A stretch of DNA of 64,000 nucleotides from positions 7,055-71,054 of the forward strand of contig JBGAJW010000016.1 in the NCBI GenBank assembly GCA_044224725.1, in the 5' to 3' direction. Of the stretch, positions 39,340 to 49,003 are shown in pieces. The translations under genes were made by a program, and so were the position numbers. The stretch comes from Flavobacteriales bacterium. GTDB lineage: Bacteria > Bacteroidota > Bacteroidia > Flavobacteriales_F > PHOS-HE28. The notes under the pieces are model-generated. The model did no database searches, was not told where the DNA came from, and was given only the letters and a program-made list of their open reading frames with translations. The first letter of the stretch is position 1. Every line of letters begins with the position of its first letter.

Positions 39340-40570
39340 AACCCTTGGCGCATTGACCGGCGTTCTGGCCGCGTTCCTCGCGCAGGCACAACCGCAGTGG
39401 AGCGCTCCCCTCGCACCTGTTGAACGCGATGGCTACTACACCATCGTGCTGTCGCCGGAAGTGGTCGGGCGCTCGCGGGAAGACCTGTCCGACCTGCGCT
39501 TGCTCGACTCGTCCGGAAAGGAAGTAGCCTACCTGATCGAGCGCGAGCCCACTATGTATGAGCGCACATGGATGCGTTCCTACAAGCTGCTGCGTAATGA
39601 ACGCATCAAGCGCACGACCATTATCGAAATGGAAGCCGACAGCGCAGCCATGGTGGACGAGCTCCTCGTGCGGGTGCGCAACGCACGGGTGAGCAAACGC
39701 GCGCGCATCACCGGCAGTGATGACCGTGCGGACTGGTACATGATCCTGGACGAATGCCTCGCCGTGGGCGAAGGCGATGGTGAGACGAGCGTGCTCCGCT
39801 TCGTGGACCTTCCCTTGAGTGACTACCGCTACTACCGGATCGTGCTGGATGATTCGATGAGCGCGCCCGTTCAAGTATTGGATCTCGGACACAGCGCACG
39901 TGCGCGTAGCGAAGGGCAGTACACTCCCATCGATGGGCTCGAATTCTCCCGGACGGAAGACCGCTCGACAACACGCATCGCATTGCATGGTGGCTCGCCA
40001 TTCAGCGCCGACCGTCTCGTGTTCGACATCCGCAGCGATGTGCCCTTCCGACGGCAGGGACGATTCACCCGGCATGTCAGGTACACAACGCGGGAACGCA
40101 AGCGCGAAGTGATCCGAACGACGGAAGAACAACTCGGCGACTTCTCGCTCACACGGACTTCGCGCGGGAAGGTGACGGCACCCGGCAATATCACGGATAC
40201 GCTCTTCGTCCTGATCGAGAACGGCAATGACCAGCCGCTCGACATCACCGGAATCCGGGCTTTCCAGCTCGAACGGCGCGTGATCGCGAAATTGAACGCC
40301 GGTGGTCGTTACACCATCACTACCGCTGATGCGAAGGCGCACATGCCGCGCTACGACATCGCGCATTTCCGGGACAGCCTGCCATCCTCCATCGGTGTGC
40401 TGAATATCCCTGCGATGTCCGCGAGACCCATCACGCCCAAAGGCGGTCCTTCTTTTGCGCCGTCGATGAAATGGGTGTGGGCGGCGATCATCGGCCTTGG
40501 CGCGATCATCGCTTTCTCGGCGGTGCGGTTGCTGCGGCGCTCTTCAACAACAACGGATCGAACGGAATGA
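39326..40570 (+). CDS. DUF3999-like secreted protein, translationally coupled to the preceding DUF2339 gene
   Basis: Signal peptide (LGALTGVLAAFLAQAQP). A DUF2339 gene followed by a DUF3999 gene is a known conserved pair. There is a C-terminal TM (WVWAAIIGLGAIIAF). It overlaps the upstream gene by 14 nt. Confidence 0.5.
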   Translation: MDRLRTLGALTGVLAAFLAQAQPQWSAPLAPVERDGYYTIVLSPEVVGRSREDLSDLRLLDSSGKEVAYLIEREPTMYERTWMRSYKLLRNERIKRTTIIEMEADSAAMVDELLVRVRNARVSKRARITGSDDRADWYMILDECLAVGEGDGETSVLRFVDLPLSDYRYYRIVLDDSMSAPVQVLDLGHSARARSEGQYTPIDGLEFSRTEDRSTTRIALHGGSPFSADRLVFDIRSDVPFRRQGRFTRHVRYTTRERKREVIRTTEEQLGDFSLTRTSRGKVTAPGNITDTLFVLIENGNDQPLDITGIRAFQLERRVIAKLNAGGRYTITTADAKAHMPRYDIAHFRDSLPSSIGVLNIPAMSARPITPKGGPSFAPSMKWVWAAIIGLGAIIAFSAVRLLRRSSTTTDRTE

Positions 40571-42324
40571 ATACGCGTATCGTCGTTCTCGTGTTGGTCA
40601 TTGGCTTGTGGGCGCGACATGTCGAGCCGCTACATGCACAATGCCCGGGTTGCGTCGCGAACCTCGCCTGCATCGCTGACCCGGCCTACCCCACGCTGTG
40701 CCCCACCCAACCGCCGGACGCCACGGCCGGTGAACCCTACGCGGCCGATATCACCTTCTGGTTGCCGGACAACTTCACCGACCCCGGTACCGGTTTCAAT
40801 GTCGACTTCCTGATCATGACCATCACCGGCGTGAGCGGGCTGCCGTACGGGCTGGACATCACGTACAGCGACGCTTTGGGCATCTACTATCCACAGGAGA
40901 ACCAGTACGGCTGCGCCCGCATCTGCGGCACCCCGGTGGGCGCCGGCACTTTTACCATAAGCATCAGCATCATCGCGCATGTGGCGTACAACGGGTTCGA
41001 ACTGAACGCGCTGCAACAATTCCCGCTCACGCTCGTGGTGCAGCCCGGAACAGGAAGCAATACCGGCTTCAATTTCACCCCGACCACAGGATGCGGAACA
41101 GCCGATGTGCAGCTGGACGCGGTGATCGACGGCCAGGGCGCCCCCGTGACCTACGCGTGGGACTTCGGCAATGGGAATACCGGCACGGACGGATCGGCGC
41201 TCCAACACTACGATGCGCCCGGCTCCTACTCCATCTCGTTGCAGACCACGATCGGCGGCTACGTGCTGAACAACGTGAACGTGGGCGGGGTGAGCGACAA
41301 TTGGTGCGGTGATGTGGAGGAGCCCAGCCTTTTCGGCGCATGCACCGGCGACCCGGACCTATACTTCATCCTCACGGACGGCAACGGCAACAGCTACACC
41401 AGTTCCGCGAACGACAATTCCGGCTCCGCCAGTTGGTCCAACGTGGACCAATTGCTCGCGACACCCCCGTATTCCATCGCCTTCTTCGATGAGGATGTGA
41501 TCAGCCAGGACGATGACCTCGGCACGTTCAACATTCCGCCCGGCAGCGTTGGAACGGTGCCGTTCACCTTGGGCAATGGCACCAACGGCAGCTTGCAGAT
41601 CGACCTCTTGCCTCAGCAAGTGTTCAACGATACGGACACCGTGGTGGTCTTCGCCGCACTACTGCCGAGCCTGTCCTATGACACGCTCACGGCGCAGCTT
41701 TGCGTGAGCGATACCGGGCTCGTGGGAATCACGTGGTTCAACGATGGCGATACGGCTATCACGGGTGCCCTCTGCCTGGACGCCGACAGTTCCGGGACCT
41801 GGTGGGCGGTTGTGAACAACGCGTTCGGCTGCTCCACGGCCACGGACACGGTCATCATCTGTCCGCAGATCATCATCGAACAGAGCGGCAATGTGCTGTT
41901 CACCGAGACCGGTCTGGACGACTACCAATGGAGTTTGAACGGGGCCCCGATCTCCGGCGCTGACGGTCCCTTTCTGGTGGCCGAGACCGGCGGGCTCTAT
42001 ACGGTGAGCGCCACGAACGCGGATGGATGCTCGTTGACGGCCGAGTTCCAGCTCGTGATCATGGGGGCCTTGCCCACGGACGATGTCGGACCGGCCGTGG
42101 AGGTGTTCCCGAACCCGACCAAGGGGGCTTTTACCGTACACGTGGAACAAGCTGGATCCCTCTCCGTCCTTGGTGCGCAAGGACACCAAGTGCTCGCGGC
42201 CAGGAGGGCTTCTGGTGCGGGGAACGTGGTCTTCGAGGCAGGAATGCTCGCTCCGGGCACCTACTATCTCTGGTTGGAAACGGAAAAGGGGCGGAGCGTC
42301 TCGCGCATGTCCATCCTGCCCTGA
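40567..42324 (+). CDS. T9SS-secreted protein with a PKD domain
   Basis: ATGA overlap with the upstream stop. Signal peptide is present. A PKD-like segment is present (VTYAWDFGNGNTGTDGSALQHYDAPGSYSISLQT). The C-terminal T9SS domain is (VFPNPTKGAFTVHVEQAGSLSVL...GTYYLWLETEKGRSVSRMSIL). Confidence 0.7.
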   Translation: MNTRIVVLVLVIGLWARHVEPLHAQCPGCVANLACIADPAYPTLCPTQPPDATAGEPYAADITFWLPDNFTDPGTGFNVDFLIMTITGVSGLPYGLDITYSDALGIYYPQENQYGCARICGTPVGAGTFTISISIIAHVAYNGFELNALQQFPLTLVVQPGTGSNTGFNFTPTTGCGTADVQLDAVIDGQGAPVTYAWDFGNGNTGTDGSALQHYDAPGSYSISLQTTIGGYVLNNVNVGGVSDNWCGDVEEPSLFGACTGDPDLYFILTDGNGNSYTSSANDNSGSASWSNVDQLLATPPYSIAFFDEDVISQDDDLGTFNIPPGSVGTVPFTLGNGTNGSLQIDLLPQQVFNDTDTVVVFAALLPSLSYDTLTAQLCVSDTGLVGITWFNDGDTAITGALCLDADSSGTWWAVVNNAFGCSTATDTVIICPQIIIEQSGNVLFTETGLDDYQWSLNGAPISGADGPFLVAETGGLYTVSATNADGCSLTAEFQLVIMGALPTDDVGPAVEVFPNPTKGAFTVHVEQAGSLSVLGAQGHQVLAARRASGAGNVVFEAGMLAPGTYYLWLETEKGRSVSRMSILP

Positions 42325-42458
42325 ACGCTGGCAGGCGCCGAGTGTACCATCCACACCGGCCTGTCCGGATCTAACATCTGTTCACAGGCTGCGCCCTTGC
42401 CATCCCTCTACATTCGGCCAACATTCCCCGCGCTGGCGCGTTCCTTGACCGTCAGCCT

Positions 42459-45400
42459 ATGCCTATGGCTTCCGACTACAATCTCCTGATCGAAAAGCTG
42501 GATGCCTTCATCCGCAAGTACTACAAGGACCGGCTGATCCGCGGGGCCTTGTACAGCGTTGGCCTGCTGGTTCTCTTTTTCCTGGGCGCATCGCTCAGCG
42601 AGTATTTCGGTCGCTTCGGCACCACGGCACGCACGGTGCTTTTCTGGGGCTTCTTGTTCGTGGCCGCCGGTGTGCTGGCGCGCTTCATCGTTTTCCCGCT
42701 CGTGAAGCTGTTGCACATGGGCAAGGTGATCTCGCATGATGAGGCCGCCGCCATCGTTGGCCAACACTTCGGGGAGGTGAAGGACAAATTGCTGAACACC
42801 TTGCAACTGCGCGAGCAGGCGAACAGCAACTTCATGCAGCGCGAGCTCATTGAGGCGAGCATCGCCCAGCGCAGCCGGGAGCTGTCGCCTTTACCCTTCA
42901 CCGCAGCCATCGATCTGAGCAAGAACCGCAAGTACCTCCGCTATGCCTTGCCGCCATTGGCCGTGCTGCTCGTCCTGCTTTTCGCCGCACCGAGCCTGAT
43001 CACCGATCCGGCCAACCGCATCATCAAACACAGCAGCGAGTTCGCGCCGGATGCGCCCTTCCAATTCACCGTGCTGGACAGCAGCCTCACCGTGCCGGAG
43101 CAGGAGGACTTCGACCTGCACGTGGAAGTGAGCGGCGATGTGATCCCCCAACAGGTGGAACTCGACATCAATGGACAGCGCATCCCGCTGGTGAAACAGG
43201 ACGCCGTCCACTTCACGCACCGCTTCCGCAATGTGCAGGAGGCGATCGATTTCCGCCTCAGCGCCGAAGGCTTCAACAGCAAAGGCTACACATTGGAAAC
43301 CGTGAGCAATCCGATGCTCACCGACCTCGCCTTGCGCTTGGAATACCCGCCCTACCTCGGCATGCCGAACACCACCACGAACGGCAATGGCGATGTGACC
43401 GTTCCCGCCGGTACGCGCATCACGTGGACCGCCAACACGCGCAGCACGGACGAACTCGTGCTGGCGTTCGACGACACGACCTTCTCGCTCGAACCCCAGA
43501 GCGATAACGCCTTCATCGCCTCGCGCCGTTTTTTGCAAAGCCGCACCTACACGCTCGTGCCGCGCAAAGGCGACCGCGCCGCGCAGAACCCCTTGCAGTA
43601 CCGCGTGGATGTCGTGCCCGACCTATACCCCACCATTCTCGTGGAGCAGAAAACGGACAGCACTTCACCCAAGCGTCTCTACTTCAAAGGCGATATCGGT
43701 GATGACCACGGCTTCAAGCGCCTCATCTTCCATTACGGCTTCAGCGAAGGCGGGGACAGTGTGACCACCGAACAACGCGAGGGCACCAAGGAACTTCCCA
43801 TCGATGGCAAGAACACGCGCCAAGAGTTCTTCCATTATTGGGACCTGAGCGATCTGCGACTGGAGCCCGGTGACAAGCTGGAGTACTGGTTCGAGGTATG
43901 GGACAACGACGGTGTGCATGGCAGCAAGAGCGCCCGCAGCGGGACCCAGGTCTTCGAAGCGCCCACGTTGAAGGAACTCGCCGAGAAACAGGACGCCGAC
44001 GCCGAAGCGGTGAAGGACCAGTTGAAGGAGAGCATCAAGGACGCGCAGGAACTGCAGAAGGAACTGGACAAGCTGCGCCGCGAGATGCTGGACAAGAAAG
44101 AACTGAACTGGCAGGACAAGCAGAAGATGGAGAACGTGATGCAGAAGCAGAAGCAGCTGCAGGAGCGGATCGAGAAGACCACCGAGCAGTTCAAGCAGAA
44201 CAACCAGGAGCAGCAGAGCTTCAAGCAGATGGATGAGCGCCTGTTGCAGAAGCAGCAGCAGGTGCAAGAGCTTTTCGAGAACGTGCTGAGCGAGGAGATG
44301 AAGAAGCTCTACGAGGAGGTGCAGAAGCTGATGGAGCAGATGAACAAGGAGGAGCTCCAAGCGAAGATGGAGGACATGAAGATGAGCCAGGAGGACATCG
44401 AGAAGGAGCTGGACCGCGCGATGGAGCAGTTCAAGCAGATGGAGGTGGAACAAAAGGCCGAGGACATCGCCGAGCAATTGGAAAAACTCGCGGAAGAGCA
44501 GAAGAAGCTGGCCGAGGAAACCAAGAACGAGACCGGCGACAACAGCGAACAGAAACAGAAGCAGGAGGAACTGAACAAGGAGTTCGAGGACATCCAGAAA
44601 CAACTGGACGAACTGGAGAAGAAGAACAGCGAGCTGGAGAAGCCCATGGACCTGCCGAAGACGGAGGAGCAGGAAGAGGAGATCAAGAAAGAGCAGGAAG
44701 GCAGCCAGGAGGACATGGAGAAGAAGGAGAACGGCAAGGCCGGTGAGAAGCAGCAGAAGGCCGGTGAGCAGATGGAACAGATGGCCTTCCAGATGAAGAG
44801 CGCGATGGGCGCGAACGAGCAGGAAGAGCACGAAGAGGATATGGACGCTTTGCGCCAACTCCTGGAGAACATCGTGGAGCTGAGCTTCGATCAGGAGGCC
44901 GCCATGAACGATCTGGGCCGCACCGCGCCCAAGGATCCGCACCTGGTGGACATCGGTCGGCAACAGAAGAAGATGCGCGACGACGCCAAGGTCATCGAGG
45001 ACTCGCTCTTTGCTTTGAGCAAGCGCGTGCCCCAACTGCAGGCCGCCGTGAACCGCGAGATGAACGCCGTGAACGAGAATATGGACCAGGCCATGGAGCA
45101 CCTGGCGACCAGTCGTGCGGACATGCGCGGAAAACCCCAAGCGGCGGACAAGCAGCAACGGGCCATGACCGGCCTGAACAACCTCGCACTGCTGCTGGAC
45201 GAAGCCCTTCAGCAGATGCAGGCGGAGCCGCCCCCCGGCCCGCCCGGCAGCGGCAAGTGCAAGAAGCCCGGCGGCAAGGGCAGCAGCGCCGGTGAAAGCA
45301 AGAAGATGGCCAAGACCAAGGCCAACCAGAAGGCCTTGAGCAAGCAGCTCGAAGAGATGAAGAAGGCCTTGGAGAAGGGCAAGAAGCCCGGCGACAAACC

Positions 45401-45893
45401 CGGCCAATCGCCCGGAGAGAAGCCCGGAGCCGATGGCAAGCCGGGCGGAATGGGACTGCCGGGCATGAGCCAGCAACTGGCCCAGCTCGCCGCGCAACAG
45501 GCCGCCATCCGCAAGGAGATGCAGCGCGCGGCGCAGGAACTGAACAAGGACGGCAGCGGTGCCGGACAGCCCCTGCAGAAGCTCGCCGAGGAGATGGAGA
45601 AGAACGAGAAGGACATCGTGAACAAGAACATCACCCAGGAGACCCTGAAACGCCAGGAGGACATCATGGTGCGCCTGTTGGAGGCCGAGAAGAGCGAGCG
45701 CGAACGCGAGCTGGACCAGAAGCGCGAGAGCAACGAAGGCCGCGAGACCCCCCACGCCGATCCCGCCCGCTTCTTCGACTACCAGCGCAACAAACAGCGC
45801 GAGGCCGAACTGTTACGAACAATGCCACCGGGATTGAAGCCCTACTACAAGGCGAGGGTCGCTGAGTATTTCGATACTTTTGGCCGACCCTGA
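42459..45893 (+). CDS. DUF4175-like giant membrane-anchored coiled-coil protein (1144 aa)
   Basis: N-terminus YNLLIEKLDAFIRKYYKDRLIRG is followed by 2-3 TM helices, a roughly 350-aa globular region, and about 600 aa of E/K/Q-rich coiled-coil with a Gly/Pro/Lys low-complexity segment. Confidence 0.5.
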   Translation: MPMASDYNLLIEKLDAFIRKYYKDRLIRGALYSVGLLVLFFLGASLSEYFGRFGTTARTVLFWGFLFVAAGVLARFIVFPLVKLLHMGKVISHDEAAAIVGQHFGEVKDKLLNTLQLREQANSNFMQRELIEASIAQRSRELSPLPFTAAIDLSKNRKYLRYALPPLAVLLVLLFAAPSLITDPANRIIKHSSEFAPDAPFQFTVLDSSLTVPEQEDFDLHVEVSGDVIPQQVELDINGQRIPLVKQDAVHFTHRFRNVQEAIDFRLSAEGFNSKGYTLETVSNPMLTDLALRLEYPPYLGMPNTTTNGNGDVTVPAGTRITWTANTRSTDELVLAFDDTTFSLEPQSDNAFIASRRFLQSRTYTLVPRKGDRAAQNPLQYRVDVVPDLYPTILVEQKTDSTSPKRLYFKGDIGDDHGFKRLIFHYGFSEGGDSVTTEQREGTKELPIDGKNTRQEFFHYWDLSDLRLEPGDKLEYWFEVWDNDGVHGSKSARSGTQVFEAPTLKELAEKQDADAEAVKDQLKESIKDAQELQKELDKLRREMLDKKELNWQDKQKMENVMQKQKQLQERIEKTTEQFKQNNQEQQSFKQMDERLLQKQQQVQELFENVLSEEMKKLYEEVQKLMEQMNKEELQAKMEDMKMSQEDIEKELDRAMEQFKQMEVEQKAEDIAEQLEKLAEEQKKLAEETKNETGDNSEQKQKQEELNKEFEDIQKQLDELEKKNSELEKPMDLPKTEEQEEEIKKEQEGSQEDMEKKENGKAGEKQQKAGEQMEQMAFQMKSAMGANEQEEHEEDMDALRQLLENIVELSFDQEAAMNDLGRTAPKDPHLVDIGRQQKKMRDDAKVIEDSLFALSKRVPQLQAAVNREMNAVNENMDQAMEHLATSRADMRGKPQAADKQQRAMTGLNNLALLLDEALQQMQAEPPPGPPGSGKCKKPGGKGSSAGESKKMAKTKANQKALSKQLEEMKKALEKGKKPGDKPGQSPGEKPGADGKPGGMGLPGMSQQLAQLAAQQAAIRKEMQRAAQELNKDGSGAGQPLQKLAEEMEKNEKDIVNKNITQETLKRQEDIMVRLLEAEKSERERELDQKRESNEGRETPHADPARFFDYQRNKQREAELLRTMPPGLKPYYKARVAEYFDTFGRP

Positions 45894-45902
45894 ATTCCGC
45901 CC

Positions 45903-46340
45903 ATGGGAGCCTTGATCGAGGACGTGCAATACACCCAACGGATCGACTTCCCCGCGAAAGCGGAGAACATCGCGCTGGCCGAGAAACTCATCGATGAGGC
46001 CTGCCAAAAGCACGGCGTCCACGAGAGCCATTACGGCAACATCCTCATCGCCCTTACCGAGGCGGTGAACAACGCCATACACCATGGCAACCGGTTGGAC
46101 CCCGCCAAGAGCGTGGGCCTCGGCTACCAGATCAAAGGCGACCAGATCGTCTTCGTGGTGAGCGACGAGGGACCGGGCTTCGACTTCCAGCACCTCCCCG
46201 ACCCCACCGACCCACAGAACATCGAGAAGCCCCACGGTCGTGGCGTCTTCCTGATGCGCGCCCTGGCCGACAGCGTGGAGTTCAGCGACAACGGCAGCAC
46301 GGTGGCCATGGCCTTCAGCCTGCAGCCGGTGAAGGAGTGA
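45903..46340 (+). CDS. RsbW/SpoIIAB-like anti-sigma regulatory factor (HATPase_c_2 Ser/Thr protein kinase)
   Basis: LTEAVNNAIHHGN (N-box), VSDEGPGFD (G1 box) and HGRGVFLMRALADSVEF (G2 box). It is a standalone 145-aa protein. Confidence 0.7.
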   Translation: MGALIEDVQYTQRIDFPAKAENIALAEKLIDEACQKHGVHESHYGNILIALTEAVNNAIHHGNRLDPAKSVGLGYQIKGDQIVFVVSDEGPGFDFQHLPDPTDPQNIEKPHGRGVFLMRALADSVEFSDNGSTVAMAFSLQPVKE

Positions 46341-46765
46341 TGGCCACCCGCGGCCACATCGCGTTCATCGTCCATCAGGTCCCGTCAGCATTCCGTGAGC
46401 GAGAGCGCTTGCGCAAATGGCTCACCGCCGTAGCGAAGGACCATGGGCATAGCATCGGTGAGCTGAACTACGTGCTGATGAGCGACAAGGACCTGTTGAA
46501 GTACAACCGCGAGTTCCTTCAGCACGACGAGTTCACGGACGTCATCACCTTCGACGGCCAGACCGGCACTGGGGTGAGCGGCGATGTGCTCATGAGCCTG
46601 GACCGTATCACGGACAACGCGAAGACCTTCGGCGTGAGCGCACAGCACGAATTGCGACGCGTGATGGTGCACGGGCTCTTGCACCTGCTCGGGCACAGCG
46701 ACAAGAGTGCGGCCAAGCGAAAAGCGATGAGCGCGCTGGAGGACAAGTACCTGGCGCGGTACTGA
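46337..46765 (+). CDS. ybeY: rRNA maturation endoribonuclease YbeY
   Basis: HGLLHLLGHSD metal-binding motif (H-x-x-x-H-x-x-G-x-x-H). Size 142 aa. ATGA overlap with the upstream gene. Confidence 0.85.
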   Translation: MMATRGHIAFIVHQVPSAFRERERLRKWLTAVAKDHGHSIGELNYVLMSDKDLLKYNREFLQHDEFTDVITFDGQTGTGVSGDVLMSLDRITDNAKTFGVSAQHELRRVMVHGLLHLLGHSDKSAAKRKAMSALEDKYLARY

Positions 46766-46821
46766 CAAGAGCGCCGATGACGCGGCGTGCAGAGGTTCTT
46801 ACCGCAGAGGGCGCCGAGGGA

Positions 46822-46870
46822 CGCAGAGACTGAAGCTCAAGCTCGTTGAAACGATTGGAATTTCTCTGCG
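46822..46870. terminator. Inverted repeat CGCAGAGA ... TCTCTGCG between the convergent ybeY and histidine-kinase genes. It is a candidate bidirectional terminator.
   Basis: 8-bp arms with a 33-nt spacer, located in the 139-nt convergent intergenic region. Confidence 0.3.
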
Positions 46871-46904
46871 GTTCTCCGCGCACTCAGCGGTTCAATTGTC
46901 GCGG

Positions 46905-48680
46905 TCAGGCGGGGAACAGCAGCGTGAAGGTGGTGCCTTTGCCCAACTCGCTGTCCACCGAAAGCAGCACCCCGTGCGCATTGAAGATGTTGCGCGCCTC
47001 CGTAAGCCCAAGGCCCATGCCGCCTTTGCGGCCGCTGAAGAAGGGCTGGAAGATGCGCTCGCGGTCCTCCGCGCTCATGCCTTTGCCGTTGTCGCGGATC
47101 GTCACCTGCACACGGTTCTTCACACGCTCGGAACGGATCTCCAATCGGCCATTCCCCTCCTCCATCGCCTCCACGGCGTTCACGAGCAGGTTGGTGAAGG
47201 CCACCGTCAATGTCGATCGATCGATGGGTACGGTCCCCAATGAGGGGTCGAGCCGCAGTTCGGCTTCCGCCTTCCGCAATTCACACCGGTCCTTCACCCG
47301 CGCAAACGCATCGGCCAGTACCTCGTTCAGAGAGCCCTGCTCCATTTTCATTTCCAGCGGTCGGCTGGTGTGCAGCATCTCGGTGATCAACTGCCCGATG
47401 CGGTGCGAGTTGCGGCGCAGGATATCGAGGTAGATCTGCTGCTCGGGCAATTGCGTGCCCTCGGATTCCAGCTGGTCCAAGGCCAGTTGGATGTTCGTGA
47501 GCGGATTCCGCACTTCATGCCCCACCATGCGTGCGAAGCGACCGGTCACGCTCAAGCGCTCGCCCTCCGCCACCAGGATCGCCTGGCGCTTCGCTTCGGT
47601 GATATCCGTGAAGGTGACCACCATGCCGTCCAACAACCGCACGGCCGAAACGGCCAATGTGGTGGTCTGTCCATCGCGCGTGTATTCGCTCTCGGTCTTG
47701 AGCGGCTCACCTGTTTCCACCAAACGGATGTACTGGTTGAAGAGCACCGAATCCCTGTTCTCGGGATTCACGTCCAGGATGCTGCGATGTAGCATCTCTT
47801 CGGCCTTCTTGTGCACGATGGTCTCCGCGGCCTCGTTCATTCGCGTGCATTCAAAGTCCACGATCCTGCCCCGCTCATCACGGATGGCGCGGAAGGCCAT
47901 GATCCCGCTTTGCGAACTGTCAAGTACGCGTTTCAAGCTGCGTTCGGCGATCTCGCGCGTGCGGGCCTCCTGATCGAGTTCGGCGGCCGTGCGCAACGCT
48001 TTCCGCTCCGCGTGCTGCGCGCGCACCAGCGCTCGGAACATCCACCACAGCAGCACCCCGATGCACAGGACGGACACGCCGGCGTATACCGCCACCATGC
48101 CGGGGCCCGTGAACACCAGGTCCCTGCCCTTGGCCTCCTGCTCGCTCAATCGTTCGGTGTAGCGATCCATCAACGAACGGTGCGCGATGCGCAATTGGTC
48201 CATGCTCTGCTTGCCCAAGCGGAAGAGGATACTGTCCGGGCGGCCCAACGGTACCGTGCCCAAGCGCTGGTCGCGCACACGCTGCTCGAGGTATTGCATC
48301 CGGAGTTCTATCCGCGAGCGCAGCACGGCCAGCCCCGACCCGGATCCGGTGTCCGGAGCCAGCAGCACCGCCAGTTCCGCGAGGTGCGGGGCCAAGGTGG
48401 CTTTCGCGGTGGTGTAAGGCTCCAAGTATGCGCTGTCATTGGAGAGCATGAAGCCGCGCGTCCCCGTTTCGGCATCCTTCACGATGGACAGCACCTCATC
48501 CAGATCGCGGAGCACCCTGTGCGAATGCAGGATCTCCTGGTTCTGTCGCACGTAGCCCACCAGGTTCCGGTAGGTTATAGCGAGCAACACGAGCATGACC
48601 AGAACGCTCGTGACCGCGAGGCTCTTCAGCAACAGGTTATAGCGGCCTTGGCGGCGTATGGTCTCTGGTCTGAGGGGCAT
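46905..48680 (-). CDS. Sensor histidine kinase with an N-terminal CHASE3 domain, a PAS domain and a HisKA-HATPase core
   Basis: Two TM segments flank a CHASE3-like periplasmic region. A PAS-like segment is present. The H-box is FARMVGHEVRNPLTNI, the N-box NLLVNAVEA, and G-boxes DNGKGM / GGMGLGL. Confidence 0.8.
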   Translation of the reverse strand: MPLRPETIRRQGRYNLLLKSLAVTSVLVMLVLLAITYRNLVGYVRQNQEILHSHRVLRDLDEVLSIVKDAETGTRGFMLSNDSAYLEPYTTAKATLAPHLAELAVLLAPDTGSGSGLAVLRSRIELRMQYLEQRVRDQRLGTVPLGRPDSILFRLGKQSMDQLRIAHRSLMDRYTERLSEQEAKGRDLVFTGPGMVAVYAGVSVLCIGVLLWWMFRALVRAQHAERKALRTAAELDQEARTREIAERSLKRVLDSSQSGIMAFRAIRDERGRIVDFECTRMNEAAETIVHKKAEEMLHRSILDVNPENRDSVLFNQYIRLVETGEPLKTESEYTRDGQTTTLAVSAVRLLDGMVVTFTDITEAKRQAILVAEGERLSVTGRFARMVGHEVRNPLTNIQLALDQLESEGTQLPEQQIYLDILRRNSHRIGQLITEMLHTSRPLEMKMEQGSLNEVLADAFARVKDRCELRKAEAELRLDPSLGTVPIDRSTLTVAFTNLLVNAVEAMEEGNGRLEIRSERVKNRVQVTIRDNGKGMSAEDRERIFQPFFSGRKGGMGLGLTEARNIFNAHGVLLSVDSELGKGTTFTLLFPA

Positions 48681-49003
48681 CCGGCGGGTCTGGTATGGTC
48701 CACGTACAAGTCGCGCTCCGTGTTCACCGACAGGCCCTCAAGGTAGCCCCGTGCCCGCAGCACCACGCGGAGTCCGTGTTCATGAGCATGTGCTCGCGCT
48801 GTTATCGAGGCGCGCCGTTCCCATGGAGTGGAACAATTTCCCCAACGGCCCGTGGCGATCGACCCCCGCCACGAACACGCGTTGGCCTGATATTCAAGCT
48901 ACTACCGCGAACGCACGGACCGGGCACGGATCGGGCAGTCGGTGTGACCGGTATCGAGGCGTCCTCACGCCCTCAAAGACGTTCACGAACAATCCCGGGA
49001 TCC

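Noticed and set aside
43665-45755. 696-aa minus-strand ORF antisense to the DUF4175 gene
   Set aside because: Extreme Leu-rich low complexity, produced by reading the GAG/AAG/CAG-rich coiled-coil coding strand in reverse. Not a real gene.
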